Shown here piece after piece: positions 1 through 8,909 of a DNA stretch of 64,000 nt. The stretch is from assembly GCA_016192685.1 (NCBI GenBank), contig JACPTS010000001.1, positions 458,628-522,627 of the forward strand, read 5' to 3'. Numbering within the stretch: position 1 is the stretch's first letter; each line of letters begins with the position of its first letter. This stretch comes from Candidatus Harrisonbacteria bacterium. Lineage in GTDB: Bacteria; Patescibacteriota; Minisyncoccia; UBA6257; 02-FULL-45-10c. The notes beneath the pieces were generated by a model that was not told the DNA's origin, did not search any database, and worked only from the letters and a program-made list of their open reading frames with translations. The translations under genes and the position numbers were made by a program.

Positions 1-1380
1 GCCAAACAGCAAAAAATTAACCTCGGGATTTACTTGATTACGCCGGGAGATTTTGATTTGGCGCTTCGGAAATACTCTCCTTATAAAGATGAGGTGGAAG
101 CGGCCATCCGTTCTTTGGATATCAAGCCGGGAAAGAAAGCCGCCTCCGGAGAGCGGCTGATTTTTTTGGAAGAAGGAGTGGCGGTATCCGAAGAGGCGCC
201 GATTATCCGGCTGGTCGCTTCTACTTTGAAAGAAGCGGTTAATCTGGGGGCTTCGGATATTCATATTGAACCGCAAAGATCCAAGTTGCGGATTCGTTTC
301 CGGATTGACGGCAATTTACAGGAAGTGAGCCAGATGCCGATTGAGCTTCATCAGCCGATTATTTCCCGGATTAAAGTGCTGGCGAATTTGAAATTGGATG
401 AGACCCGGATTCCGCAAGACGGCCGTTTTCGGAGCATTGTTTTTGGCCGGGATATTGATTTTCGGGTGGCGACTTTTCCGACGCCGGCCGGAGAAAAAGC
501 GGCTATTCGGGTGCTGGATCCGACTGTCGGTTTAAAGACGCTGGAAGATCTCGGCTTAACCGGCCGGAACGCGGAAATTCTTAAAGAAGCTCTGGCAGAG
601 CCGTACGGCCTGATTTTAATCACTGGACCGACCGGGTCCGGAAAAACTACCACCTTATACGCCTTGCTCCAGATTTTAAATAATATTCAATCTAATATCG
701 TCAGTTTGGAAGATCCGGTGGAGTATTTTATTGAGGGTGTTAACCAATCCCAGGTTCAACCGGAAATCGGTTATGATTTTGCTTCCGGTCTGCGCCAGAT
801 TCTCCGTCAGGACCCGGATGTGATTATGGTTGGCGAGGTAAGAGACACGGAAACTGCCCAGCTGACTATTCATGCCGCTCTTACCGGCCATATCGTGCTT
901 TCCACCCTGCATACCAACAACGCTGCCGGAGTTATTCCGCGTTTGGTTGATATGAAGGTAGATAGTTTTTTACTGCCGGCTTCTTTAAATGTGATGGTGG
1001 CGCAGAGATTGGTTTCCAAGCTTTGCCAAAAATGCAAAAAGCCGGAAGCGCCCAGCGCCAAAGTGGCGGATATTATCAAGAAAGAATTAGAATCTCTGCC
1101 GGCGGAATTAAAGGGAAAATATAAAGATTTAAAAATTTATCATTCTTCCGGCTGTAAAGCCTGCAATGATAAAGGAATCGCCGGCCGAATTGCCATTTTT
1201 GAAACATTAAAAATGACTCCCCAGCTGAAAGATATTATCAATGCCGGAGTTTCCGAAACGAAATTGGCAGAAGAGGCCAGGCATCAGGGAATGATTACTT
1301 TGCGGCAGGACGGAATTTTAAAGGCTTTGGATGGATTGGTGAGTATGGAGGAAGTGTTAAGGGAAACTGCGGAATTATAA
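1..1380 (+). CDS. pilB: Type IV pilus assembly ATPase PilB/GspE family (5' partial; reading frame open to window start)
   Basis: Walker A GPTGSGKTTT, Asp/His boxes, C-terminal tetracysteine CxxC...CxxC zinc motif; sits upstream of pilT/pilC. Confidence 0.85.
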   Translation, partial: AKQQKINLGIYLITPGDFDLALRKYSPYKDEVEAAIRSLDIKPGKKAASGERLIFLEEGVAVSEEAPIIRLVASTLKEAVNLGASDIHIEPQRSKLRIRFRIDGNLQEVSQMPIELHQPIISRIKVLANLKLDETRIPQDGRFRSIVFGRDIDFRVATFPTPAGEKAAIRVLDPTVGLKTLEDLGLTGRNAEILKEALAEPYGLILITGPTGSGKTTTLYALLQILNNIQSNIVSLEDPVEYFIEGVNQSQVQPEIGYDFASGLRQILRQDPDVIMVGEVRDTETAQLTIHAALTGHIVLSTLHTNNAAGVIPRLVDMKVDSFLLPASLNVMVAQRLVSKLCQKCKKPEAPSAKVADIIKKELESLPAELKGKYKDLKIYHSSGCKACNDKGIAGRIAIFETLKMTPQLKDIINAGVSETKLAEEARHQGMITLRQDGILKALDGLVSMEEVLRETAEL

Positions 1381-1395
1381 GTGTATAATTAGGAT

Positions 1396-2475
1396 ATGCC
1401 CGAAAATATTTATAAACAAAAATTAGATGAATTGCTTTTGACAACGGCGAAACATAATGCTTCTGATTTGCATTTGGCGGTTGGCCGGCGGCCGACTTTG
1501 CGGATTGACGGCGTATTAATCGGCCTTCAGAAAGAATCAGTTTTGACTCCGGAAGCCATGGAGGGTTTGGTGGATGCCCTTTTAACTCCGGAACAGCGAA
1601 GCAAATTTTTGGAAAATAAGCAGTTGGATTTCGCCCATTCTTACGAAGACAAGGCGAGATTCCGGGTGAATGTTTATTTTCAGCGGGGGTATCTGGCGGC
1701 GGCTTTGCGTTTGGTTCCGGCTCAGATTAAAACTATTGAAGAATTGAATTTGCCGCCGATTCTCCATGACTTTGCCCGGCTTTCCCAGGGATTTGTTTTA
1801 GTGGTAGGGCCGGCTGGCCACGGAAAATCAACGACCTTAGCCGCCATTTTAGATGAAATTAATCATCAGCGCACTGACCACATTATTACCGTAGAAGACC
1901 CGATTGAATATTTATTCACGCAGGATCGCTGCATTATTTCCCAGCGGGAGGTGAATAACGACACTTTAAGTTTTCATGACGCGCTTCGCACTTTGCTCAG
2001 GCAAGACCCCGATGTAGTGATGATCGGGGAAATGCGGGACCGGGAATCTATTGCCACGGCCATGACTGCCGCGGAAACCGGCCATCTGGTTTTTTCCACC
2101 CTGCATACCAATTCCGCTTCCCAGACCATTGACCGGATAATTGACAGTTTCCCGCCCGACCAGCAAACCCAGGTAGTTTCTCAGCTGGCGGCTACTTTGG
2201 TAGGAATTGTTTCTTCCCGCTTGGTGCCGCGCATTGACGGCGGCCGGATCCCAGCTTCGGAAATCATGCTGGTTAATTCCGCCATCCGTAATTTGATCCG
2301 GGAAAGAAAAACTTATCAGATTGATTTAGTAATTGAAACCAGTTTGCAGGAAGGAATGACTAATTTAAACCGTTCTTTGGCGGAATTAATCCGCCGCCGT
2401 GAAATTTCTCTGGAAAATGCCGAATTATATTCATTAAATCCGTCGGAATTGAGAATTTTATTAGAGCGAGCATGA
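1396..2475 (+). CDS. pilT: Twitching motility / pilus retraction ATPase PilT
   Basis: Walker A GPAGHGKSTT, ~360 aa PilT-size secretion ATPase with no N-terminal extension. Confidence 0.8.
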   Translation: MPENIYKQKLDELLLTTAKHNASDLHLAVGRRPTLRIDGVLIGLQKESVLTPEAMEGLVDALLTPEQRSKFLENKQLDFAHSYEDKARFRVNVYFQRGYLAAALRLVPAQIKTIEELNLPPILHDFARLSQGFVLVVGPAGHGKSTTLAAILDEINHQRTDHIITVEDPIEYLFTQDRCIISQREVNNDTLSFHDALRTLLRQDPDVVMIGEMRDRESIATAMTAAETGHLVFSTLHTNSASQTIDRIIDSFPPDQQTQVVSQLAATLVGIVSSRLVPRIDGGRIPASEIMLVNSAIRNLIRERKTYQIDLVIETSLQEGMTNLNRSLAELIRRREISLENAELYSLNPSELRILLERA

Positions 2476-3680
2476 AATTTAGATACAACGCCAGAACTAA
2501 ACAAGGAGAATTGCAGACCGGTTTTGTGGACGCGGCGAACCGCGACGCGGCTTTGAATATTTTAACCGGCCATGAGCTTTTTATTTTAAGCCTGGAAAGC
2601 GCCGAGACAATTCAATGGTATCAGAGATTTTTGGATTTATTTAAACGGGTGAAACCGGGCGATTTGATGATTTTTACCCGGCAATTGGCCACCCTGTTGG
2701 ACGCGAAGATTTCTTTGGCTGATTCTTTAAGAAATCTTTACAAACAGACCCGCAACCCGATTTTAAAAGAAACAATTTTTGAACTTTCTTCGGATATTGA
2801 TTCCGGACTTTCGCTGTCTCAGGCCATGGAGCGGCACCCGCATATTTTTTCGGAATTTTATACCAGTATGATCCGTTCCGCGGAAATAACCGGGCGTTTA
2901 GAGGAAGTCAGCGCTTTTATGGCGGATTATTTGGAAAAAGAAGTCGGCCTTTTGTCGCGGGTGCGGAATGCTCTTATTTATCCGGTTCTGGTGATAGTGC
3001 TTTTTACGGCGGTGGTGGGTATTATGGTAGGAGTGGTTTTCCCCCAGTTAGAGCCGATTTTCGCCGAATCGCAGGCGCCGGTTCCGGCAGTTACCAGAAT
3101 TTTGCTTGGCGCCGGCGGCTTTATCGCGGAATGGTGGCTGGCCCTGCTGGTAATCTTGGGAATCTTCATTTTTTTGGCGGTTGATTATTTAAATACGAAA
3201 GAAGGGAAAATTGTCTCTGATGAAATCCGGGTGCGCCTGCCGGTGATCGGCGATTTATACAAAAAACTTTATGTGGCCCGTTTTGCCGAATCAACCAGCG
3301 TTTTAATCCGGGGCGGCATTCCGATCGCCCAATCTTTGGAGATTTCCGGCCATAATATCGGCAGCATTATTTATCGGGACGCGCTTCATGAGGTTGCCGA
3401 AGCGGTGAGAGCCGGCCAACTGATGTCGCAAGCGTTGGCGGAACATGAAAATTATTTTCCGCCGCTGGTTTATCAGATGGTGGCAGTCGGCGAATCAACC
3501 GGCAAATTAGAAGCGTTATTATCGCGGATTTCTTCTTTTTACACGCGGGAGGTGGATGACACCGTTGCCAATTTAGTGGAATTAATCCAGCCGGCAATGA
3601 TGGTTGGCATCGGCGTTTTGGTGGCCATCCTTTTCGCGGCAGTGCTTTTGCCGATTTACAATCTCGCCCAATCTTTCTGA
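2472..3680 (+). CDS. pilC: Type IV pilus inner-membrane platform protein PilC/GspF
   Basis: ~400 aa, duplicated GspF domain pattern, 3 TM segments, 4-nt overlap with pilT. Confidence 0.8.
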   Translation: MKFRYNARTKQGELQTGFVDAANRDAALNILTGHELFILSLESAETIQWYQRFLDLFKRVKPGDLMIFTRQLATLLDAKISLADSLRNLYKQTRNPILKETIFELSSDIDSGLSLSQAMERHPHIFSEFYTSMIRSAEITGRLEEVSAFMADYLEKEVGLLSRVRNALIYPVLVIVLFTAVVGIMVGVVFPQLEPIFAESQAPVPAVTRILLGAGGFIAEWWLALLVILGIFIFLAVDYLNTKEGKIVSDEIRVRLPVIGDLYKKLYVARFAESTSVLIRGGIPIAQSLEISGHNIGSIIYRDALHEVAEAVRAGQLMSQALAEHENYFPPLVYQMVAVGESTGKLEALLSRISSFYTREVDDTVANLVELIQPAMMVGIGVLVAILFAAVLLPIYNLAQSF

Positions 3681-3700
3681 TATGTTATAATATAATTAAT

Positions 3701-4165
3701 ATGAATTTAAATTCTAAAAAAGGTTTTACCCTTATAGAAACTTTAGTGGTTGTTTCCATTATCGGGCTTTTGTCATCGGTCTTTTTGGTCGGATTGGGCG
3801 GTTTTCGTTCCCGGGGCCGAGATGCCCGCCGCATTGCCGATTTGAGGCAGGTTCAAAACGCCTTGGAACTTTATTATTCTAAAAACAGCGCCTATCCGGC
3901 ATTAAGCTGTACCAGCTCCGGCAGTCGAACTTGCTGGGATGGTTTAGAAACAACTTTAGCTGGCGCGGGAATTGGAGTAGCCAAGATAGCCAACGACCCC
4001 AATTCCGCCCAAAGTTATATGTATGCTTCGGATGGCCAGAATTATACTTTAGGAGCTAGGTTTCAAGGCCAAGACCCGGTGTTGAATGATGATATAGACG
4101 GAACATCCAATGGAATTGATTGTATTGGCGGCTCTCCGGAAACGGTTTATTGCCTCCAATTTTAG
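3701..4165 (+). CDS. Type IV (pseudo)pilin, probable major pilin
   Basis: N-terminal prepilin signal KKGFTLIETLVVVSIIGLL (class III signal peptide with cleavage/methylation site). Confidence 0.8.
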   Translation: MNLNSKKGFTLIETLVVVSIIGLLSSVFLVGLGGFRSRGRDARRIADLRQVQNALELYYSKNSAYPALSCTSSGSRTCWDGLETTLAGAGIGVAKIANDPNSAQSYMYASDGQNYTLGARFQGQDPVLNDDIDGTSNGIDCIGGSPETVYCLQF

Positions 4166-4180
4166 TTTACAATTTTTTTA

Positions 4181-5041
4181 ATGTTTACCGCCCTTCTACT
4201 TTTCAGCTTCGGTCTGGTTATCGGCAGTTTTTTAAATGTTGTCTCTTTCCGCTATTCGGAAGAAAAAAATTTATTCCATACCGAGCATTTAGGCGGCCGG
4301 TCAAAATGCCGGCATTGCGAACAGAAGCTCGCTTGGTATGAATTAGTGCCGGTTTTTAGTTTTCTTTTGCAAAAAGGCAAATGTTGGGTTTGTTATAAAA
4401 AATTATCCTGGCAGTATCTTTTGATGGAAGTTGCCGGCGGATTAATTTTTTTATTGCCGTTATATTTATACAACCCCATAATTCCAAATTCATTATTCAT
4501 AATTCAGAGCGCCATTTGGATTTTGGCGTTTCTTACCTTTTTGCTGATTTGGTCAATTGATTTCCGGCTTTATCTTATTCCGGATGAATTAAATCTGGTT
4601 TTAGGAGCATTGGGGCTGGTTCTGGCAGATTATACAAATCTTTACGGACAATTCGGGAATTTTAAAGGTTCTTTTTTAGGCAGTTACGCCGCCCTTTTCG
4701 GCTGGCGGAGCAATATTTGGATTAATCATTTTTCTGCCGCCCTAATCGGCGGGGCGCTGGTTGGACTGATTATTTTTTTATCCAAAGGAAAGGGCATGGG
4801 AATGGGGGATTTAAAAATGATGCTGGCGCTTGGGCTTCTTTACGGATGGCCGGATGTTTTATTTATTTTTATAATTGCTTCGGTAATCGGAGCCGCCGCA
4901 AGCTTGGCGCTGATGCTGTTTCACAAAAAAACTTTGAAAGATGCTTTACCTTTCGGGCCATTTTTAGTAATCGGAGCAATCTTAGTCTTTTTTTGGGGAG
5001 AAGCGATTTTAAGGAGTTATTTTAACTTCTTCGGGCTCTAA
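4181..5041 (+). CDS. pilD: Prepilin peptidase (A24 family)
   Basis: N-terminal CxxC...CxxC zinc motif, multi-TM, conserved Asp-containing GDLKMM motif. Confidence 0.8.
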   Translation: MFTALLLFSFGLVIGSFLNVVSFRYSEEKNLFHTEHLGGRSKCRHCEQKLAWYELVPVFSFLLQKGKCWVCYKKLSWQYLLMEVAGGLIFLLPLYLYNPIIPNSLFIIQSAIWILAFLTFLLIWSIDFRLYLIPDELNLVLGALGLVLADYTNLYGQFGNFKGSFLGSYAALFGWRSNIWINHFSAALIGGALVGLIIFLSKGKGMGMGDLKMMLALGLLYGWPDVLFIFIIASVIGAAASLALMLFHKKTLKDALPFGPFLVIGAILVFFWGEAILRSYFNFFGL

Positions 5042-5057
5042 TGTTAAAATTGAGGTA

Positions 5058-5576
5058 ATGATTGATAAGAATTTTGGCTTCACCCTTGTTGAGATATTGG
5101 TTACTTTAGCTATTACCTCGCTTTTAGTCGGAGTTTTAATAACTTATAATCGCACTGGCGGCCTCCAAATTCTTATTTTTAAGGACCAGGCCAGAGTTAT
5201 TAATATGGTTTTGCGCGCGAAAAGTTTGGCAGTTCAAATTTTCAGCCAATCAATCCCGGTCTGCGGCTATGGCGTCCACTTTGATTCCGTTAATAAATCC
5301 TTTATCCTTTTTAAGGATTTAGCCGATCCCTGCTCCGGTTCCGATAATCGTTATTCCGGTTCAACGGAAGATTTAGAAATAATTAATTTAGATTCCCAAC
5401 TAAAATTTTCCAATTTGGAATTAACGGATATTTTATTTATTCCGCCGGAGCCGATCGTCATCATTGACGGCGATTCCGGTAAAAGCGGGGATTTTCTTAT
5501 TGAATTAGACACGATAAGAGGCGGCAGTCCGAAAATAATTAAGGTCAATAATTTCGGTCAAGTAAGCACTCAATGA
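5058..5576 (+). CDS. Minor pilin / pseudopilin with prepilin-type N-terminus
   Basis: GFTLVEILVTLAITSLLVG N-terminal methylation motif. Confidence 0.6.
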   Translation: MIDKNFGFTLVEILVTLAITSLLVGVLITYNRTGGLQILIFKDQARVINMVLRAKSLAVQIFSQSIPVCGYGVHFDSVNKSFILFKDLADPCSGSDNRYSGSTEDLEIINLDSQLKFSNLELTDILFIPPEPIVIIDGDSGKSGDFLIELDTIRGGSPKIIKVNNFGQVSTQ

Positions 5577-6070
5577 GAACCCATCTTAAAAATAGCTCAT
5601 CCGAATCCGGCCAGTTGATGGTAGAGTCTATCATTGCTATTTCCGTTTTGATAATTGGCTTGTTGGGCATTTTCACCTTGCTTTCCCGCTCCCTAAGCTT
5701 AAATCGGGTAATTGCTGACCAATCCGCGGCAACTCATTTAGCCGCGGAAGGAATTGAGCTGGTGAAAAATTTAATTGACGCTAACGCTATTCAGCGGCGG
5801 CCATGGAATCTAGGTGTTAATCCCGGAGATTATGAGGTGGATTTTAATGACGGCGCTTTAGCAGTTCCTCAAAATCGTAAATTGGATTTTGATTCCGGGT
5901 CTGGCCAGTACAGCTATGACTCCGGCTCGCCAACGACTTTTCAGCGTTTAATCGTCATTAGCCAGCCAAGTCCGGATGAGCTCAAAGTTAATTCTTTAGT
6001 TAAATGGACCACCCGGGGCGGCGGGCAATTTGAGGTCAATTTAGAGGATCATTTCTTTAATTGGAGATAA
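5573..6070 (+). CDS. PilV-like type IV pilus minor pilin
   Basis: N-terminal hydrophobic prepilin-like segment ESIIAISVLIIGLLGIFTLL, operon position. Confidence 0.5.
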   Translation: MRTHLKNSSSESGQLMVESIIAISVLIIGLLGIFTLLSRSLSLNRVIADQSAATHLAAEGIELVKNLIDANAIQRRPWNLGVNPGDYEVDFNDGALAVPQNRKLDFDSGSGQYSYDSGSPTTFQRLIVISQPSPDELKVNSLVKWTTRGGGQFEVNLEDHFFNWR

Positions 6071-6071
6071 T

Positions 6072-6551
6072 ATGAAAAATTCTGGTTTCACCATTGTAGA
6101 ATTATTGGTAGCCATTACTCTTTTTTCCGTTATTGTTGCCATTGCCACCGGCACTTTTATCCAGGCTTTGCGGACTCAGAGAGGGGCGGCGGGTTTAATC
6201 GCGGCCAATAGCAATGCCAGTCTGGCCATAGAACAGATAAGCCGGGAAATTAGGACCGGAAGAGCTTTTTCTTTAAGCGGCGGAGTATTGAATTTTACCA
6301 ATGCCAAGGAACAGGCCGTTTCGTATCGCTTAAACAATGAATCCATTGAAAGGATAGTTGGCGGCGAGGCGGGGATTATTACCGCCGCTAACGCGAAAGT
6401 CGCTAAATTAAATTTCATTTTGGCCGGCGAAAGTTCCACTGACGGCTTGCCGACTAAGATTACCGTGATATTGGAAATCGGAGCGCCGGAAGCGGCCGGA
6501 GCGAAAATTAATCTGCAAACCACCGTCAGTTCCAGAATTTTGGAGGGTTAA
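6072..6551 (+). CDS. Minor pilin / pseudopilin (PilW/GspJ-like)
   Basis: GFTIVELLVAITLFSVIVAIATG prepilin N-terminus. Confidence 0.6.
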   Translation: MKNSGFTIVELLVAITLFSVIVAIATGTFIQALRTQRGAAGLIAANSNASLAIEQISREIRTGRAFSLSGGVLNFTNAKEQAVSYRLNNESIERIVGGEAGIITAANAKVAKLNFILAGESSTDGLPTKITVILEIGAPEAAGAKINLQTTVSSRILEG

Positions 6552-6680
6552 ATTTTCAAAAGCCGATTTTGGTAAGCGGAATTAAAGATTATGCCGGAGT
6601 TTTTTATCCGGACGGCACGGAAATTTTAGGGTATCCAGATAACGTAATTTCTTTTATGAATGTGGAGATAAAATTTTAAT

Positions 6681-6709
6681 TTGACAAAAATTAGATATTA
6701 GATTAGTAT
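6681..6709 (+). promoter_or_regulatory. Candidate sigma70-like promoter (TTGACA, 17-nt spacer, TAGTAT)
   Basis: ttgaca at 6681-6686, tagtat at 6704-6709; precedes a hairpin leader and a small ORF. Confidence 0.3.
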
Positions 6710-6780
6710 ATAAATACTGCAGGGTGGCGTTAGGCGCTATACCCGCAGTTTGTACTTTGTAGCAAAAGGAGTTAGTAGTC

Positions 6781-6876
6781 ATGAAAGGACCAGGAAACGG
6801 ACAAGAAGGCGCAGACAGTCAGTACGAAGGCGATCGCGGACAGGGAGAGGGAACTCACAACGCAGATACTGACTAA
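6781..6876 (+). CDS. Small ORF, 31-aa acidic Gly/Glu/Gln-rich peptide (MKGPGNGQEGADSQYEGDRGQGEGTHNADTD); could instead be part of an sRNA
   Basis: Strong RBS aaaggag 9 nt upstream of ATG, followed immediately by an intrinsic terminator; not in the ORF track (<60 aa). Confidence 0.3.
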   Translation: MKGPGNGQEGADSQYEGDRGQGEGTHNADTD

Positions 6877-6881
6877 GTAAG

Positions 6882-6915
6882 AAAGAGCTCTTTTATAAAA
6901 GAGCTCTTTATTTTA
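6882..6915 (+). terminator. Rho-independent terminator
   Basis: aaagagctctttt/aaaagagctcttt perfect hairpin followed by attttat. Confidence 0.6.
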
Positions 6916-6929
6916 TAATTTAGATAAAT

Positions 6930-8162
6930 ATGAATTTTATTAAAAAAATTACAAAAAGCGGAGTACCGCTTTATATTTTGCCGATGCCTAGTGCCAATAC
7001 GGTTGCTTCTGGTGTTTTAGTTAATGTTGGTTCACGTGACGAAAAAATGCCGGAAGAAGCAGGATTGGCCCATGGTTTTGAGCATATGTTCTGTCAAGGT
7101 AGCAAAAAATTTCCGAATAAAAAATCGTTATTTGAATATATTGAAGAAATCGGAGGTGTCCGTAATGCATTTACCTGGAAAGAAATAACTTTTTTTCATA
7201 ATCAAGTTCCTTTTAATGAATTTGAGCGAGGCGTTGATTTATTAAGTGAACAAATTCAGTATTCTTTAATTCAGGAAGAAAAAGTATCTAAAGAAATGAA
7301 AGTTGTGATGCAGGAATTAAAAAGAAGACAAGATAGTCCGGCTATTTTTTTAGGCGATTTAACTTTTGAGGCGGTTTTCGGTGACCATCCGATTGGGCAT
7401 ATGACTTTAGGAAATGAACAAACCTTACTTAGATTTAATAGAGAAAGTTTTATTAGTTTTTTGAATCGTTATTATAATTCCAGTAATTATACTTTTTTGG
7501 TTGCTGGCAATGTTGACCCAGATTTAGCTTTAGATACTTTTAATAAATATTTTGTTTTAAAAGCGGGTGAAAAAAACATACGTCCACGTTTATCAATACA
7601 GCCAGCAAAAAAAACAGCAGTATTTTATAAGGGAATTAATCAAGCCCACATTAATTTAGCAATTCCTATTGACGTCAATAGTTTAAAAGAGAAATGGTCT
7701 TTAAATTTATTTGCAATGATGATAGGTTATGGTTCGTCTTCACCACTTTATATAGAAATTAGAGATAAGCGTGGTTTATGCTATTCAGTAAATGCTAATT
7801 ATTATTGGGGCACGGATTATGGTCTTTTTAAGATTTATATGGCAACTGATAAAGAAAAGTATAAAGAAGCAATTGATTTGGCATTTTCGGTACTTACTGA
7901 AAATAAAAATAATGCTACTTTATTGGAAAAAGCTAAAAAAATGGAATTGGGAGCATTGGCGCGTCGATTTGAAAATCCTATAAATATTATTTCTGATGCA
8001 GCGGAGAGCGTCGCTTTTACGGGAAGTCCTTATGGATTTCAAGAAGTCGGCAAAGCAATAAAAGATATTACAATTCAAAATATAGAAAAAGTAGTGGATA
8101 AATATCTAAAACCCGAACAATTTACTGCCGTGCTTTTGGCGCCGGAAGATTTTAAAGAATAA
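6930..8162 (+). CDS. M16-family (pitrilysin/insulinase-like) zinc peptidase
   Basis: Inverted zinc-binding motif HGFEHM (HxxEH) near N-terminus, ~410 aa. Confidence 0.6.
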   Translation: MNFIKKITKSGVPLYILPMPSANTVASGVLVNVGSRDEKMPEEAGLAHGFEHMFCQGSKKFPNKKSLFEYIEEIGGVRNAFTWKEITFFHNQVPFNEFERGVDLLSEQIQYSLIQEEKVSKEMKVVMQELKRRQDSPAIFLGDLTFEAVFGDHPIGHMTLGNEQTLLRFNRESFISFLNRYYNSSNYTFLVAGNVDPDLALDTFNKYFVLKAGEKNIRPRLSIQPAKKTAVFYKGINQAHINLAIPIDVNSLKEKWSLNLFAMMIGYGSSSPLYIEIRDKRGLCYSVNANYYWGTDYGLFKIYMATDKEKYKEAIDLAFSVLTENKNNATLLEKAKKMELGALARRFENPINIISDAAESVAFTGSPYGFQEVGKAIKDITIQNIEKVVDKYLKPEQFTAVLLAPEDFKE

Positions 8163-8163
8163 A

Positions 8164-8193
8164 TTTGACAAAATTAGTAAGAAATAGTATACT
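8164..8193 (+). promoter_or_regulatory. Candidate sigma70 promoter (TTGACA, 17 nt, TATACT)
   Basis: Consensus-like -35 and -10 about 65 nt upstream of the 8258 ORF, which has an aaggagg RBS. Confidence 0.4.
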
Positions 8194-8257
8194 TAATTTA
8201 GTAATAACGGTTCGCTTGGGCGTCCGGATTGAAAATAAAAACATAAAGGAGGAGTGA

Positions 8258-8857
8258 ATGAAAGGCTTGCTTGCCGGATTCTTGATGCTGGCTGGTTTTT
8301 TTAGCGCCGAGGCCGCAGATTGGAATTTTCGGTCTGGTCCGGCATTGGCGACTGCCAAAATTGAGGGCACCGAGACGAGTCTGTCTGGATGGACCGTTGA
8401 TGTGTATCGCTTATCTCACCGGAAGTATATTTCTTGGGGTCTGGGGCTTAAAAATCTCTCGGCAGGGATGTATCGCTATACTGGAGGAGATGTGCTGCTG
8501 GGATATTATTCGGATAAAACCAATATGAAAAAAGTCAGTTGGCATATTTCGATAGCGGGCGGTTTGGGGATATTATCGGGTTTGCCAAGTGGTTATTCTA
8601 AATTGCCGGCGGTAAGCTCAGCCGCGCCTGGGAAACAACGCTTGAAATTTCCTTCGGTGTCAGGGCGTGGCGGAATGAATTTTGGGATTAACTACCTGGT
8701 CAAGCCGCCTAAAGATGGCAGTAAATCTTTTCTGGCTTTGACTTTTGACTTGGATAATGGAAGAATCGGTCAAGAGGTTTTTACTTCAGCAAATATTAAA
8801 ACTGATTTTAACTTAGATTATTACGCCCCGATGCTGGGATTAATTTTTTATTGGTAG
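8258..8857 (+). CDS. Secreted hypothetical protein (signal peptide; C-terminus ends ...LIFYW)
   Basis: N-terminal signal MKGLLAGFLMLAGFFSAEA; aromatic C-terminus is beta-barrel-like. Confidence 0.4.
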   Translation: MKGLLAGFLMLAGFFSAEAADWNFRSGPALATAKIEGTETSLSGWTVDVYRLSHRKYISWGLGLKNLSAGMYRYTGGDVLLGYYSDKTNMKKVSWHISIAGGLGILSGLPSGYSKLPAVSSAAPGKQRLKFPSVSGRGGMNFGINYLVKPPKDGSKSFLALTFDLDNGRIGQEVFTSANIKTDFNLDYYAPMLGLIFYW

Positions 8858-8909
8858 TTCTTAACGGCTCCGCAGGCATTTCTGCGGGGCTTTTTATTAT
8901 GGTAATATT

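Noticed and set aside
6715-6880. Possible SRP RNA or 6S RNA in the pilus/M16 spacer
   Set aside because: The segment aggaccaggaaacggacaagaaggcgcagac only loosely resembles SRP domain IV (GGUCCGGAAGGAAGCAGCC), and the 5' and 3' ends do not pair as in 4.5S or 6S RNA. I kept it as an unassigned small ORF or sRNA.
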